21,839 nucleotides of DNA from a bacterium (lineage in GTDB: Bacteria > Electryoneota > Electryoneia > Electryoneales > Electryoneaceae): NCBI GenBank assembly GCA_043801585.1, contig JAZDLX010000117.1:1-21839 (forward strand). Direction: 5' to 3'. The number at the start of each line of letters is the position of its first letter. Position 1 is the stretch's first letter. Below, one piece after another: positions 9,717 to 18,057 of this stretch. Under the pieces are notes generated by a model, which made no database searches, was not told the DNA's origin, and worked only from the letters and a program-made list of their open reading frames with translations. Position numbers and translations under genes: made by a program.

Positions 9717-9744
9717 AAAAGCCCCTTCACGCAGGAGGGGCTTT
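9717..9744 (-). terminator. Intrinsic terminator of the pyrRBC operon
   Basis: Inverted repeat AAAGCCCCT...AGGGGCTTT (9718-9726 / 9736-9744) just downstream of the pyrC stop, with a T tract on the minus strand. Confidence 0.75.
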
Positions 9745-9762
9745 CAATTCATGTACTCAGCT

Positions 9763-11130
9763 TCAGCTTGCCAGCATTCTCGCGTCAGGGGCGAGGACCA
9801 GCCAACCGCCGCTGACGATACCGATGGGTTTCGCCGGAAGTTGCCAACCGCCGAAGGGGGTATTGCGCCCTTTGGTCAGGAACTTCTCAGGGTCTACCGC
9901 CCAGACCGCCTCCGGGTCGATGATCGTCAGATCGGCGTCTCCGCCTTCAACAATTGTGACAGCGGGAAGGCGCAGGATCTCGCGCGGTACGACGGCCATT
10001 TTCCTCACCACGTCCGGCCAGTCCAGCACTTTTTTCGCGATCAGTTCCTTCGCGACAACACCGATTGCCGTTTCAAGGCCGACGACACCGTTGGGGGCGA
10101 GGCTGAACTCGACCATGCTCTCTTCAACCGTGTGCGGCGCGTGATCGGTGGCAATGGCGTCAATGGTGCCGTCCTTGAGTCCTTTGACCACGGCACCGCG
10201 ATCCTCTTTCGTCCCGAGTGGCGGGTTCATCTTGAAATCACCGCTGAACGAGGCGACAGCTTCGTCGGTCAGGGCGATGTGATGAGGGGTGGCTTCGGCG
10301 GTGACACGGACTCCCCGCGCCTTCGCCCAACGGACCAGGTCAATGGATTCTTTCGAGGAGATGTGGCCGATATGCAGCCGTCCGCCGGTAAATTCCGCAA
10401 GCAGCAGGTCACGGGCAACCATCACCGATTCCGCAAGCGACGGCCAGCCCGGCAGACCCAGCCGGGTGGACCATTCGCCCTCGCGCATCACACCCTTTCC
10501 GGCGAGGGATTGCTCCTCGGAGTGGGTGCTGATGACGATATCGTGAATCCGGCAGTACTCCAGCGCCGTTCTCATCACCTCGGCATCCACCACAGGGTTT
10601 CCGTCGTCCGAGATCATCCGCACACCCGCTTCGAGGTGCAGATCGCCGATGTCGCTGAGGTTCTTTCCCGCGCGGTCCACAGTCAATGCGGCAACGGGAT
10701 AGACCGCCACCGGCCCCCCCTCGGCCTGTTCCAGGACCCACTTGACAACTCCGGCGTTGTCGAGCGGGGGATCGGTGTTGGGCATGCAGGCAACGGCGGT
10801 GAATCCACCTGCTGCGGCAGCGTTGGTTCCGGTCCAGATCGTCTCTTTGTCCTCGCGGCCGGGTTCACGCAGGTGGACGTGCAGATCGACAAAACCGGGG
10901 GCGACGATCTTTTCGCGCAGGTCGATGGCTTTATGTTTGGGAAGGTCGGACTTCTTGATCTTTCCCACTTTGCGGATCTTTCCCTTCTCGATGAAAATGT
11001 CGAGCACGGCGTCGATCCCGCTGACCGGGTCGATCACACGAGCGCCCGAAAGCAGCAGGTTCTGCCCCTTCTGGGCAAGGAATCCAGCGTGTTCGAGTCG
11101 GCTGGTGGAATTCTTGCTATTCCAGTTCAT
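9763..11130 (-). CDS. pyrC: Dihydroorotase, type I (long, ATCase-associated type)
   Basis: Motifs PGFVDLHVHLREPG, AAAGGFT.V..MPNT.P, SDDG, HSEE, HIGHIS, EATPHH, KMNPPL, ATDHAPH, GRNTPF; metal ligands are retained. ATG 11130 follows AGGAGG and overlaps the end of pyrB. Confidence 0.96.
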   Translation of the reverse strand: MNWNSKNSTSRLEHAGFLAQKGQNLLLSGARVIDPVSGIDAVLDIFIEKGKIRKVGKIKKSDLPKHKAIDLREKIVAPGFVDLHVHLREPGREDKETIWTGTNAAAAGGFTAVACMPNTDPPLDNAGVVKWVLEQAEGGPVAVYPVAALTVDRAGKNLSDIGDLHLEAGVRMISDDGNPVVDAEVMRTALEYCRIHDIVISTHSEEQSLAGKGVMREGEWSTRLGLPGWPSLAESVMVARDLLLAEFTGGRLHIGHISSKESIDLVRWAKARGVRVTAEATPHHIALTDEAVASFSGDFKMNPPLGTKEDRGAVVKGLKDGTIDAIATDHAPHTVEESMVEFSLAPNGVVGLETAIGVVAKELIAKKVLDWPDVVRKMAVVPREILRLPAVTIVEGGDADLTIIDPEAVWAVDPEKFLTKGRNTPFGGWQLPAKPIGIVSGGWLVLAPDARMLAS

Positions 11131-12055
11131 TGGTGCCTCCTGCCAGAAGGAAGAGTACCGCCATACGTACGGCGACACCGTTGGTTACCTGTTGCAGGAT
11201 CACACTCTGCGGTCCGTCCGCCACATCCGCGGTGATTTCCACTCCACGATTGATCGGGCCCGGATGCATGATTACAAGGTTCTTCGATGCGCCGATGGCT
11301 TCCAGCCGTTCGCGCGTGATACCGTAGAGGGCGTGGTACTCACGGATGCTGGGGAAGAGGCCGCCGTTCTGGCGCTCCTTTTGAATCCGAAGCACGTTCA
11401 GCACGTCGCTGTTGCGGATCGCTTCGTTGAGATCGGTGTAGATCCTGACGCCAAGTCGTTCGAGGTGGCGCGGAATCAGGGTCGGAGGACCGCAGACCGC
11501 CACTTTCGCACCCATCGTCTGCAGGCCGAAAATGTTCGACAACGCCACCCGGCTGTGGCTGATGTCGCCGATCAGGGTGACACGCAGTTTGTCGAAGTTG
11601 CCGATCACCTCGCGGATCGTCATCATGTCCAGCAGAGCCTGGGTCGGGTGTTCGTGCGCCCCGTCCCCGGCGTTGATCACCTTGCTTCCACAGTAGTCCG
11701 CCAGCAGTTTGGGCGCTCCCGGCAGGGGGTGGCGCATCACCACGATATCGATTTTCATCGCCTCGAGGTTTTTAATCGTGTCTATCAGGGTCTCGCCTTT
11801 GCTGACCGACGAACTCGAGGAGGAGAAATTGACCACATCCGCGCTGAGCCGCTTTTCCGCGAGTTCGAAGCTGATGCGAGTGCGGGTGCTGTTTTCAAAA
11901 AACGCGTTGACGACGGTGACATGACGAAGGGTGGGGACTTTCGGGATCGGGCGATTGAGGATCTCTTTGAAGGAGACAGCGGCATCGAGAATCGATACGA
12001 TGTCCTCCTTCAGAACGTCCTTTAGACCGAGCAGATGCTTCGAATGCAGGGCCAT
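11117..12055 (-). CDS. pyrB: Aspartate carbamoyltransferase catalytic subunit
   Basis: Motifs FFENSTRTRISFE, SS..KGETL.DT, INAGDG.HEHPTQALLD, GDI.HSRVA, LRIQKER, MHPGP.NRGVEI, QVTNGVAVRMA. Confidence 0.98.
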   Translation of the reverse strand: MALHSKHLLGLKDVLKEDIVSILDAAVSFKEILNRPIPKVPTLRHVTVVNAFFENSTRTRISFELAEKRLSADVVNFSSSSSSVSKGETLIDTIKNLEAMKIDIVVMRHPLPGAPKLLADYCGSKVINAGDGAHEHPTQALLDMMTIREVIGNFDKLRVTLIGDISHSRVALSNIFGLQTMGAKVAVCGPPTLIPRHLERLGVRIYTDLNEAIRNSDVLNVLRIQKERQNGGLFPSIREYHALYGITRERLEAIGASKNLVIMHPGPINRGVEITADVADGPQSVILQQVTNGVAVRMAVLFLLAGGTNELE

Positions 12056-12060
12056 ACGAT

Positions 12061-12612
12061 TTACTCCTTGCCGGAGGTTTCGATCAGGACCACTTCATCC
12101 ACTTCGTCCTCTTCCTTCAGGTGAACGAGAACTTCTTCTCCGGGGGCGGTGGGGATGTTCTTGCCGACGAAGTCCGCTTTGATCGGGAGTTCCCGGTGGC
12201 CTCGGTCCACCAGCACAGCGAGCTGGACACGTCCCGGACGACCATAATCCATCATCGCGTCCAGCGCCGCCCGGCTCGTACGTCCCGTGTAAAGGACGTC
12301 ATCCACGAGAACCACCGTGATACCATCCATGTCGAAGGGGATATCGGTGATCTGGACGCCGGGGCCGACCTTGCGGATGCGGAAGTCGTCACGGTAAAGG
12401 GTGATGTCCAGCACACCGACGCCGAGGGGTTCTCCCTCGATTTTTACAATGGTGTTGTAAATGCGCCGCGCGAGGTGGTCGCCGCGGGTGCGAATCCCCA
12501 CGATCCCCAGGTTTTTTACGCCGTGGTTGCGTTCGACGATCTCATGCGCGAGTCGCATGATCGTCCGTTTGATGTCCGCGGCGTCCATGATGCGTGCTTT
12601 GATCTTGCTCAT
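12061..12612 (-). CDS. pyrR: Bifunctional pyr operon attenuation regulator / uracil phosphoribosyltransferase PyrR
   Basis: Motifs RLAHEI.E.N, GIRTRG, LDITLYRDD, VVLVDDVLYTGRT (PRPP loop), LVDRGHRELPI..DFVGKN.PT. Confidence 0.97.
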   Translation of the reverse strand: MSKIKARIMDAADIKRTIMRLAHEIVERNHGVKNLGIVGIRTRGDHLARRIYNTIVKIEGEPLGVGVLDITLYRDDFRIRKVGPGVQITDIPFDMDGITVVLVDDVLYTGRTSRAALDAMMDYGRPGRVQLAVLVDRGHRELPIKADFVGKNIPTAPGEEVLVHLKEEDEVDEVVLIETSGKE

Positions 12613-12691
12613 CTCCGTCCCTGCTTGACCTCCCGGTGCTGCGAACGGGCGGGGCCGCGCCGGGACGGCCCCTGCGAACCTTCTGGGTGGA

Positions 12692-12731
12692 TAAACAAAA
12701 CACGTCCCCCCGAAGGCGACGGGAAGACGCG
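12692..12731 (-). terminator. Attenuator (intrinsic terminator) in the pyrR leader
   Basis: Minus strand CGCGTCTTCCCG-TCGCCTT-CGGGGGGACGTG-TTTTGTTTA: a 12-bp stem including G-U pairs followed by a U tract, upstream of the first gene. Confidence 0.75.
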
Positions 12732-12824
12732 GGAAGATGCGTTTGGTGAGGCTGGGGTGTGGGGCGGAGGCGCTCGATGCTGCCGCGCACTCCCGGTTTC
12801 CTGCTTCAAATCCACCCCGGAACG

Positions 12825-12855
12825 CCTTCCCCGACTCGCCGGACGGGTTTAAAGG
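12825..12855 (-). promoter_or_regulatory. PyrR-binding RNA loop (anti-antiterminator)
   Basis: Minus strand CCUUUAAACCCGUCCGGCGAGUCGGGGAAGG matches the PyrR-site layout CUUUAA...RUCCNGNGAG...GAAGG. Confidence 0.8.
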
Positions 12856-12864
12856 TCCGGCATG

Positions 12865-12893
12865 AAGGTAGCGGAGAAGTGGGGGGAGGGCAA
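12865..12893 (-). promoter_or_regulatory. sigma70-type promoter of the pyr operon
   Basis: Minus strand TTGCCC-N17-TACCTT, ending about 10 nt upstream of the PyrR loop. Confidence 0.6.
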
Positions 12894-12940
12894 GGGGGAG
12901 GCCTCGCGCAGACTCAATCTCTCTGAGGAACCTGAGTGAT

Positions 12941-13080
12941 GAAGGATGGACAGGATAACGGATTGAAAAGGATCAACTAAATGCATGGAAACAGGATGGA
13001 CAGGATAGTCAAGATGTCAAAGAACACGGAAAACGTACCCGATTCTTCAGTATACCCTGACAATCTTCAACTTCCAGTCC
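12941..13080. repeat. Degenerate 9-nt-period ACAGGAT repeat element
   Basis: GAAGGAT-GGACAGGAT...GAAACAGGAT-GGACAGGAT-AGTCAAGAT, with a degenerate inverted partner at about 13054-13080. 12988-13006 is 18/19 identical to 21322-21340. Confidence 0.6.
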
Positions 13081-13115
13081 ACTCTGCTATTTATCGGACT
13101 CGGGAAACGGCCACT

Positions 13116-14240
13116 CTAAAACGTGGCGTTGAACGAGTTAACCAGGTCAACCTCAACGATGTCCCCGGCGGCAATCATCCCCGGTGGCAGCAAGCCTGGC
13201 CATGGACTCATCGGTCCCATCGTCATATCCTGAGCGTAGATCATGCTGTCCGTGCCGATCACCGCGAACACGCTGTATTCGCCCTCCGGCAGCTCGAATT
13301 GATAGAACCCCTCCACATCCGGCGTTCCCTCCGTGACAAGGTCGGAGAATACGGATTTGACGATCATCGAATTGGGATAGACTTCCAGGTTGTCAGCAGA
13401 CCAGGAGATGCCTTCATAAACCCTTACGGGGTAGCGGGCAGGATCGATGCTCCCAATCATAAAATCGCCTGTCATGAAATCGCTGGTCCAGTTCGTGACA
13501 GTGCCGAACACGCCCATATCGATGCTGACTTTTTCACGGTTGTGCTCAAGCAGCAGCATGTACTTGAAGTAGACATCCGTGGAATCCCCCGGCCATCCCC
13601 ATCCGGAATCCGACGGCGGCTCGACAATTGTGGAATCATCAGGCGGCCAGGTGCTGGACGAGTCGTCAGGCGGCCACCAGGGATAGATATCCTGAGGTTC
13701 GAGGTAGAAGTCGATCTTGCGCACGGAATCCGTCAGGACCTCAACTGTGGTCATCAAAAAATTGGAATCCTGGAACCAGCCCATGTCCAGCATCGGATTG
13801 TAGAGAGCCAGCGTGTCGGGAAGTTCCTCCTCCGAGACCACGACCATATAAAAGCCATTCTCAAGAGTAAACTGGTAGAATCCGTCCTCGTCGGAACGAA
13901 CCTGTGCAATGAGGATCGGGTCCGGGGCACGGAAATAGAAGATGGAGTCATTGATCGAATAGTCATAGACTCCAACATTCGCCTGAACCGGAGCGGCGTC
14001 CTCGATGACAAAGCCACCGACAGCCCACTCGCCTCGTGTGATTTTGAAGACGGTCCCGGCGAATCCCTGCGTCACCGTGGTCTTGGTCTGGAAATTAGAC
14101 GCAGATATCCGTGCGAGGGTCTCGCTGTTGTCCTGGTTGTCTGCTGGTGCCAGCGTTTCCTGTTGGCAGGCAAAAAAGAGGATGGGGAGGATCACAAGGA
14201 GAACAACAAGCACCCCGAGTCTTGTCGGAATGCGTTTCAT
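13116..14240 (-). CDS. Hypothetical lipoprotein with two related beta-sandwich (carboxypeptidase-regulatory/prealbumin-like) repeats and a WPPDDS linker
   Basis: Lipoprotein signal MKRIPTRLGVLVVLLVILPILFFA-C. Duplicated motif DEDGFYQFTLENGFYMV / DVEGFYQFELPEGEYSV. RBS AGAGGTG. Confidence 0.75.
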   Translation of the reverse strand: MKRIPTRLGVLVVLLVILPILFFACQQETLAPADNQDNSETLARISASNFQTKTTVTQGFAGTVFKITRGEWAVGGFVIEDAAPVQANVGVYDYSINDSIFYFRAPDPILIAQVRSDEDGFYQFTLENGFYMVVVSEEELPDTLALYNPMLDMGWFQDSNFLMTTVEVLTDSVRKIDFYLEPQDIYPWWPPDDSSSTWPPDDSTIVEPPSDSGWGWPGDSTDVYFKYMLLLEHNREKVSIDMGVFGTVTNWTSDFMTGDFMIGSIDPARYPVRVYEGISWSADNLEVYPNSMIVKSVFSDLVTEGTPDVEGFYQFELPEGEYSVFAVIGTDSMIYAQDMTMGPMSPWPGLLPPGMIAAGDIVEVDLVNSFNATF

Positions 14241-14275
14241 GGTTCACCTCTATGAATAGTTTGGACAGCCATAAG

Positions 14276-14869
14276 CTAATGCTTTGAAGTCAGCGCCGTC
14301 CAGATATCATTGGCCGAACGGCGTAAATCCTCGAGACTGCCGTCGTTGCGGATGACATAATCCGCACGGGCGGCTTTTTCTTCGGCGGGGACCTGCGTAC
14401 GGTACCGGGCCATCATTTCCTCGGGCGGCAGGCCGAGACGTTCTGCTGCACGAGTAGCGCCAAGCGCAGGATCGACGATTACAGCCACGATCACATCATA
14501 CCTTTCTTCGTCGCCCCATTCGTAAATCATCGCCGCGTCGACAACCGGGATGCTGCCACTGGAAAGAACGGATGCGATGCGTTCATCGAGCAACTGTCGA
14601 ATTCGTGCCCAGCTTTCATGGGTCAGGTCATCACGGGCGTCTGAATCGGAAAATGCCCGGTGCCCAAGCTCCTTTCGATCGAGAGAATCGTCCTCGCGCC
14701 AGATCTCAGGCCCGAATCGTTTGGTCAGCCAATCTCGATAATCAGGGAAACGGTCGACGATTTCGTGGCCGAGTGAATCCCCCTCGATGATCACGGCGCC
14801 GTGGCGTATAAATTCATCCGCAACGGTGCTTTTACCGCTGCCGATATTTCCGGTTAGACCGATGATCAT
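14276..14869 (-). CDS. coaE: Dephospho-CoA kinase
   Basis: N-terminal P-loop IIGLTGNIGSGKSTV, LDRKELG..AF, VVDAA.IYE, Q...EEK...ADYVI.NDG. Confidence 0.93.
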   Translation of the reverse strand: MIIGLTGNIGSGKSTVADEFIRHGAVIIEGDSLGHEIVDRFPDYRDWLTKRFGPEIWREDDSLDRKELGHRAFSDSDARDDLTHESWARIRQLLDERIASVLSSGSIPVVDAAMIYEWGDEERYDVIVAVIVDPALGATRAAERLGLPPEEMMARYRTQVPAEEKAARADYVIRNDGSLEDLRRSANDIWTALTSKH

Positions 14870-14878
14870 GGGGGAGCC

Positions 14879-17800
14879 TCAGCGGGCTTTCTCGTCGATC
14901 TGCATCTGGAGTTTCAGGAGATCGGGATCGTCGGGGTTGTTCTCCATCAATTTGCCCAGCACATAGGCTGCGTGTTCAACCTTACCCTGAGCGAGGCACA
15001 ATTTGGCAAAGGTTTTGGTCACCGGACCATTGAACTCCTCAGGTGGTATTTCGGGTTCTTCCACGTGGGAACGGTGGGGCAGGGGCCGGGGAATCCGCGG
15101 CATCGGAGGAGCGGTTCGGACAGCTTCCGCAAGGCTCTGAGCGGAAATTCCAGAGGAACGTGGTGGTTGCTGAACTTCCCGTTGATGTGTGATGATGCCG
15201 CTTTCGATCTCTCCAGTCTCAACAGTTTCGTCCTTTGACATTTCAACAGGTGTTTCTTCGGCCAGGCTATCCGGTTCAAAGACAGAACCTTCCTCGCCCG
15301 CAGGGCTAAGTTCGATCTCAGGGATCTCCCCGCCAGGGGGAGCGGATTCTTCACTTTTCCTGAAACTCAGGATATGATCGAGGTCGGCATGGCCCGCAAG
15401 ATCATACTCCTCTTCTTCTGATACGTCAGCGGGATGAAGTGCGCCACGGTCCGCCCGAAGTTCGAGCTCGTCGAGACGGCGTTTCATCTCCTCGAGCGTG
15501 GGGGTCCCCTTGATCGGGTGAGGATGATCCCGGTCGAAATCCATATCCTTGCTATGCAGTGTATCAGCAAGGTCGGTGGATTCGTTGAACACTCGATCCA
15601 GGTCGTCCTGCGTCAGGCTGGTTTCGGGTTTTTCCGTTCCCGCACCTGCACCCTCAGGTTCTACGAACAGCTCATCCAGTAAATCCTGCGTGATCTCTTC
15701 GCTTGGAACATCCCCTTGAACCGTTTGGGACGATTCCTCTTTGCCGGGTTCCTCGTAGAGGCTGTCGAGCAGGGATTGGTCGAGCTCGCCTTCAAGTTCT
15801 TCAGAGACGAACGGAGTCTCGGTCGTATCCTCCTCTTCGTCCTGATCCGGAAGCGGCTGCATGTATTCGGACAGGTCCGGCTTCTTCTTTCCTGAAAGGA
15901 TGTCGTCCAGATCCTGCTGGGAAACAAAATCCGACCGTTTCTCAATGGGACGGGGATCGATAATATCATCGGCGGCCCGTTCGATCTCTTCCAAAGTCAA
16001 TTCGGATTCGGTGTCTTCGGATGCCGGCAGGGTCGTCTCCTCGAGGGCTTCATTGTCCGCACCGAAAGTCTCTTTTGCCGGTTTCGAGTCCACCATCGAA
16101 TCCATCTCAAGATCCGACTTGACAGGTGTCGCTTTCTCCCCCGTCTTCATTTTCGGGGGTAAGGGCGTGTCAGCGACTTTTTTATTCGCTGCGACCAGAG
16201 CATCCAGAGCGTCCTGTTTCATCTGACCACCGGGAGCTTCTTCAGAGGTTTCAACAGGAGTTGCGTCCGCACCGGAAACGGTTGCCGGTTTCCGTTCTCC
16301 AGATGGTTGAACGGAGGTTTTTTTCGCAGCGATCAGCGCGTCAAGCTCATCCTGGCTCATCTGTTTGCGGGAGGAACTCTTCACGTCAACAGCTTTAGCA
16401 GTAACTGGGGTCTCCCTGGTTGTCGGTGTAGCAGGTTCTTTTGATGTGGCCTTCGCTGCTTCAACACTCTCCACAGGCGTTTTGCCTTCGATCACGGAAT
16501 CGAGAATCTTCCGATCCAACTCTTCACCGGGAAGTTCCTCGCGCACGTGTTCTTTCTCTACAGGAGGCACTCCCGGTTTCTGCAATTCCGTTTTGACCGT
16601 AACATCGATTTTCGGTGTTGCGGTTAATCCCGGTTTTGCACCCGATGAGGGTTTCTTTTCGACTTTCTCGGCTTTCTGGGGAGGCATGTGACCCGTCCGA
16701 ACATCGACGGGACCGTCCTGTATGGATGCTGTCGAAATCTTTATTACGGGATCTTCGACGATGTAGGGTTCTTTCACCTCGAGCTGTTGAACAAGGTTCT
16801 CGATATCGAAAACACCCTCTGCATCGATGCCGGCAGCTAAGATCGCGAGTGTCAATTTGTCCGGCGGAGGTGGGGGAGCCGTGTCAGGCTCTTCTGGAAT
16901 CAGTTGCGGCGCTTCACGATCCGTTTCAGATTCAACTTCCGGTTCACCCTCGGCAGGTTCTTTCCTCTCGACAGCAACCGCGGCATCGAGATCCTTCTGA
17001 ATCAACCCGTCCGAGGGTTCTTCGTCCTCCTTCTCGCTTTCACCACCCCCTGAGACCGCGGCTTCTTCTGAAGTCGGCTGTTCGCCGGCAATCATCTCAC
17101 CCGCAGGAGATTCCTCGATCTCCACCTCTTCGCCAGCTTCGACGCCGGCCTTCGAATCGGAGTCGATCTCCACCTCTCTGTCATCCAGAGCGACATCGGC
17201 GGCTTCCGAAGGTTCTGTTCCTTCACCTTCATTGAAAAGTGAGGCGAGGGCACGATCCTCCTCGGATACTGGTCCTTCCATGTCGATTTTTTCGAGCGTC
17301 TCCTCAAGATCGCCTTCAACTTCGACCTCCTCCTCGGTGGAAGTATTCCGGGAGAGGATTCCAAGTTCGGCTACGAGTCGGTCGGCCATGCTTTCGTCCG
17401 TGTACGGCCTGACCTCTTCAGGGATCGTTTCACGGTCGTCGGTCAACTGGAGACGCGAGGCGACATCGCGAGCCGTGGCACCGGCGGGTGTGAAGTCGCC
17501 AGGATGCCATTGTGGATGCCAGGCACGGATCGAAGGATTGGCGCGGCGGATTGTTCGAAGGAGTGCTTCCTGATGACGTTCCGAAATTGAATGGTCCAGG
17601 GGATCGAGTCCATAGAGATCTGCGATGGCATCTGCAAGCTGCTCGCTGCGCTCAAGGAACGCAAGCTCACGGATATAGCCGGATCGCGCCCGTGCGTTGT
17701 AGGGTTCCGAGTAGATCACGTCCTCCCATTGCCTGAGGGAGGATTCGTGTTCACCGAGTTGACTTAAACATTCCGCGAGAAGCGTTTTGGCGGAGGTCAT

Positions 17801-17962
17801 CTCGGGGAACTGCTCAAGCCCCTTCTTCAACCGTTTGCGAGCCGCCTTCGGTTTTCCCTGTTCCATCTCCAGGGAGGCGAGTCGTGCAAACAGGCCGGGA
17901 TGCTTCTTAGCCTGCTTTTTCAGGTGCAGGAATTCTTTTTTCAGCTGTCGCGAATCGTTCAT
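14879..17962 (-). CDS. Large (~1027 aa) cytoplasmic protein: N-terminal TPRs, long acidic low-complexity region with repeated xQxxLDxL motifs, C-terminal TPR-like helix pair
   Basis: ATG 17962 follows GGAGAAGG. N-terminal TPR pattern LFARLASLEMEQGKPKAARKRLKKGLEQFPEMTSAKTLLAECL; C-terminal VTKTFAKLCLAQGKVEHAAYVLGKLMENNPDD; E/D/P-rich middle. No signal peptide or TM segment seen. Confidence 0.8.
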   Translation of the reverse strand: MNDSRQLKKEFLHLKKQAKKHPGLFARLASLEMEQGKPKAARKRLKKGLEQFPEMTSAKTLLAECLSQLGEHESSLRQWEDVIYSEPYNARARSGYIRELAFLERSEQLADAIADLYGLDPLDHSISERHQEALLRTIRRANPSIRAWHPQWHPGDFTPAGATARDVASRLQLTDDRETIPEEVRPYTDESMADRLVAELGILSRNTSTEEEVEVEGDLEETLEKIDMEGPVSEEDRALASLFNEGEGTEPSEAADVALDDREVEIDSDSKAGVEAGEEVEIEESPAGEMIAGEQPTSEEAAVSGGGESEKEDEEPSDGLIQKDLDAAVAVERKEPAEGEPEVESETDREAPQLIPEEPDTAPPPPPDKLTLAILAAGIDAEGVFDIENLVQQLEVKEPYIVEDPVIKISTASIQDGPVDVRTGHMPPQKAEKVEKKPSSGAKPGLTATPKIDVTVKTELQKPGVPPVEKEHVREELPGEELDRKILDSVIEGKTPVESVEAAKATSKEPATPTTRETPVTAKAVDVKSSSRKQMSQDELDALIAAKKTSVQPSGERKPATVSGADATPVETSEEAPGGQMKQDALDALVAANKKVADTPLPPKMKTGEKATPVKSDLEMDSMVDSKPAKETFGADNEALEETTLPASEDTESELTLEEIERAADDIIDPRPIEKRSDFVSQQDLDDILSGKKKPDLSEYMQPLPDQDEEEDTTETPFVSEELEGELDQSLLDSLYEEPGKEESSQTVQGDVPSEEITQDLLDELFVEPEGAGAGTEKPETSLTQDDLDRVFNESTDLADTLHSKDMDFDRDHPHPIKGTPTLEEMKRRLDELELRADRGALHPADVSEEEEYDLAGHADLDHILSFRKSEESAPPGGEIPEIELSPAGEEGSVFEPDSLAEETPVEMSKDETVETGEIESGIITHQREVQQPPRSSGISAQSLAEAVRTAPPMPRIPRPLPHRSHVEEPEIPPEEFNGPVTKTFAKLCLAQGKVEHAAYVLGKLMENNPDDPDLLKLQMQIDEKAR

Positions 17963-18057
17963 ACATCCTTCTCCGTGGCCCGGAAGAAAGGGCACGCGGG
18001 CAACGTCGTCGGGTTCATGAAAAGGGCGGCGAGAAGCATACAAGGAACTTAGCAATT

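Noticed and set aside
12609..12815. Leader-peptide ORFs in the pyr leader (68 aa and 82 aa)
   Set aside because: Low-complexity GC-rich translations overlapping the RNA attenuator; PyrR-mediated attenuation explains the region.
9700..12852. Long plus-strand ORFs (9700-11235, 10742-12025, 12121-12852)
   Set aside because: These are antisense shadows of pyrC, pyrB and pyrR caused by GC-rich codon bias; they have no recognisable motifs.
12981..14255. 424-aa plus-strand ORF
   Set aside because: It is antisense to the lipoprotein gene, which has the RBS, lipobox and operon context.
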